Below, in pieces: positions 32,023-33,616 of a stretch of 33,616 nucleotides of DNA. Below the pieces are notes generated by a model. That model saw nothing but the letters and a program-made list of their open reading frames with translations, was not told the origin of the DNA and made no database searches. A program made the position numbers and the translations under genes. The stretch is from Octopus sinensis (taxonomy: Eukaryota): assembly GCF_006345805.1 (NCBI RefSeq), contig NW_021832021.1:1-33616 (forward strand), given 5' to 3'. How positions within the stretch are numbered: the stretch's first letter is position 1; each line of letters begins with the position of its first letter.

Positions 32023-33014
32023 TTATACGATATGACCGCCTCTGCTTCGAATCACAACCGAAGTCTAGGCGTGCAATGCTTCACACACAGCATCCAGCTA
32101 TTCAAGTGTAATCGAAGCTTATTCCTAGCGCAGTTTTGCCTTCAGGGCGTCGAGTGAAGCATGAGGCGTGCTCGAGACCTTCGTTTCCAAAATGGACCAA
32201 ACAGAAAAATCCAACGGATTGAGACCCATACACATTGAGGTCTATACATCCTTACCGATGAACGACAGAGTGTTTTTTCTGAATCCAGTGTAGGAGCTGC
32301 GAGATGGTGCTGAATCCAGTTGGAAGCTCCAAAGTGCACTTTGAAAGTGCTTGTTAGTCCGTTGAAGCAGCTCAGCTTCCAGAATGTTGCTAATGTATCG
32401 CTTGGTGTTAATTTTAACACCCGAGGACACAAAAACGAGAGGAGACCTTCCATTGGCTGTCACAGCCGCCCAAACCATAAATGACTGGATTTTGACATCG
32501 ATTTACGAGTCTACCCTCGACGGATACACTCTAAAGTCGGTCATTCTGATTGTTTACTATCTGTTCGATGTCAAATTTCTTTTCATCAGTGAACACTAGG
32601 TTGGGCAGCGTGCCGTCAGCAATCTTTCGCAGGATAGGACGAACTCTCTCCTGTTTCACGGCTTTATAAATTTGCTGGAGCTCATGACGACGGATCATCT
32701 AGTAGAGGTGGGTTCTAAGATCCGCCTCCAGCACTCGTTTCATCGATGTTCGGCCTATTTTTGCTACAGCAGCCAGTTTTCTGACGGAGCGACGAGGATT
32801 TCGTCGTATCCTTTCTCTGGTACCTGTGATAAACTGAGGGGTCCGCACACTTCTTTTTCGGCTACGTCATGATCGATCAGGGGTGTAAACGGTCTTGAAA
32901 TGTCTTGGCAATTTTCTAGACTTTCATTTGTTTAATTTTAAGCTTTTTTTTTATAGCTGCATGACTTTTGCCTCCTTTGTGGAAGGTTATGATTGTATTT
33001 CGGTCTATAGCCAT
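32023..33014 (-). pseudogene. Near full-length Tc1/mariner transposase pseudogene, maT/DD37D-like
   Basis: Minus frames from MAIDRNTII: RIRRNPRRSVRKLA, NLVFTDEKKFDIEQIVNNQNDR, MVWAAVTANGRSPLVFVSSGVKIN, WSFQLDSAPS, LNPLDFSVWSILETKV, RGGHIV*; several stops and frameshifts. Confidence 0.9.
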
Positions 33015-33099
33015 TATTTAGTTAATAAATCTGAATTTATTTAGTCTGAAACGAAAAGAAGACGCACAAAGCTTTTAAAATGATGTATAATTTTCATAT

Positions 33100-33126
33100 C
33101 TTACCACTTGATTTCGGGACACCCTG
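33100..33126 (-). mobile_element. 5' TIR of the maT-like element
   Basis: Minus TA|CAGGGTGTCCCGAAATCAAGTGGTAAG, ~110 bp upstream of the ATG; no matching 3' TIR found after the stop. Confidence 0.75.
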
Positions 33127-33616
33127 TATGTATATATATACACACACTTATATATATATACATATATACATACACATTTATACATGCATGTATCTTTGTT
33201 TATATATGGTATTAATATTAATGTTATTGTTTGTTGCGAAAAAACAATGAACTTCATGAAGAACTACATGAGTTTCGCAAAATAATTGATATTTGCACTT
33301 AACAATTTATTAAGCCGTGTATGTATGTGTGTGTTTGTGTGCGTGTGTGTGTGTGCGTGCGTGTGTGTGCGTGCGTGTGTGTGTGTGTGTGCGCGCGCTA
33401 ATAAATGAATATACATTAGTGTATACAAACCAGGTTCTCAATACCAGAAATAAAGTGAATCAGCTTCTAACAGTCTATCTATTTATCTAAGTGTGTATGT
33501 ATGTATGTATGTATGTATGTATATATGTATGTATGTATATATGTATGTATGTATTATGTACGTATGTATGTATTTATGTATGTATGTATCAGTTATTTAT
33601 CTATATGTATGCACGC

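Overview
AT-rich eukaryotic, repeat-saturated intergenic or intronic DNA with no intact protein-coding gene. The SINE families look like those I recall from octopus genomes; that assignment is inference and was not database-checked. Nearly all long ORFs in the supplied track are artefacts of microsatellites ((TA)n, (CA)n, (TACA)n, (GATA)n, (ACC)n/(GGT)n). The window is a palimpsest of dead mobile elements. These are: at least five tRNA-derived SINE types (about 25 copies or fragments); a decayed, almost complete CR1-group LINE ORF2 (APE + RT, 11.5-14.6 kb, minus); a Dong/R4-like RLE-LINE 3' end in an (ATAC)n tract; a Penelope-like (PLE) RT fragment and a PLE GIY-YIG fragment; a Helitron Rep fragment; a mariner 5' end; an almost full-length maT/DD37D-like transposase pseudogene; and several MITEs. 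The most interesting structure is (i) several unrelated repeat families carrying minimal hammerhead-ribozyme-like motifs with palindromic stem III, two of them in inverted or direct pLTR-like arrangements, (ii) a 610-bp near-perfect fold-back, (iii) modular head/tail shuffling among SINEs, and (iv) antisense SINE tails forming canonical splice acceptors, with one copy defining a complete 96-nt candidate exon. Coordinates of decayed elements are approximate (about +/-10-20 bp). All alignments and translations were done by eye.
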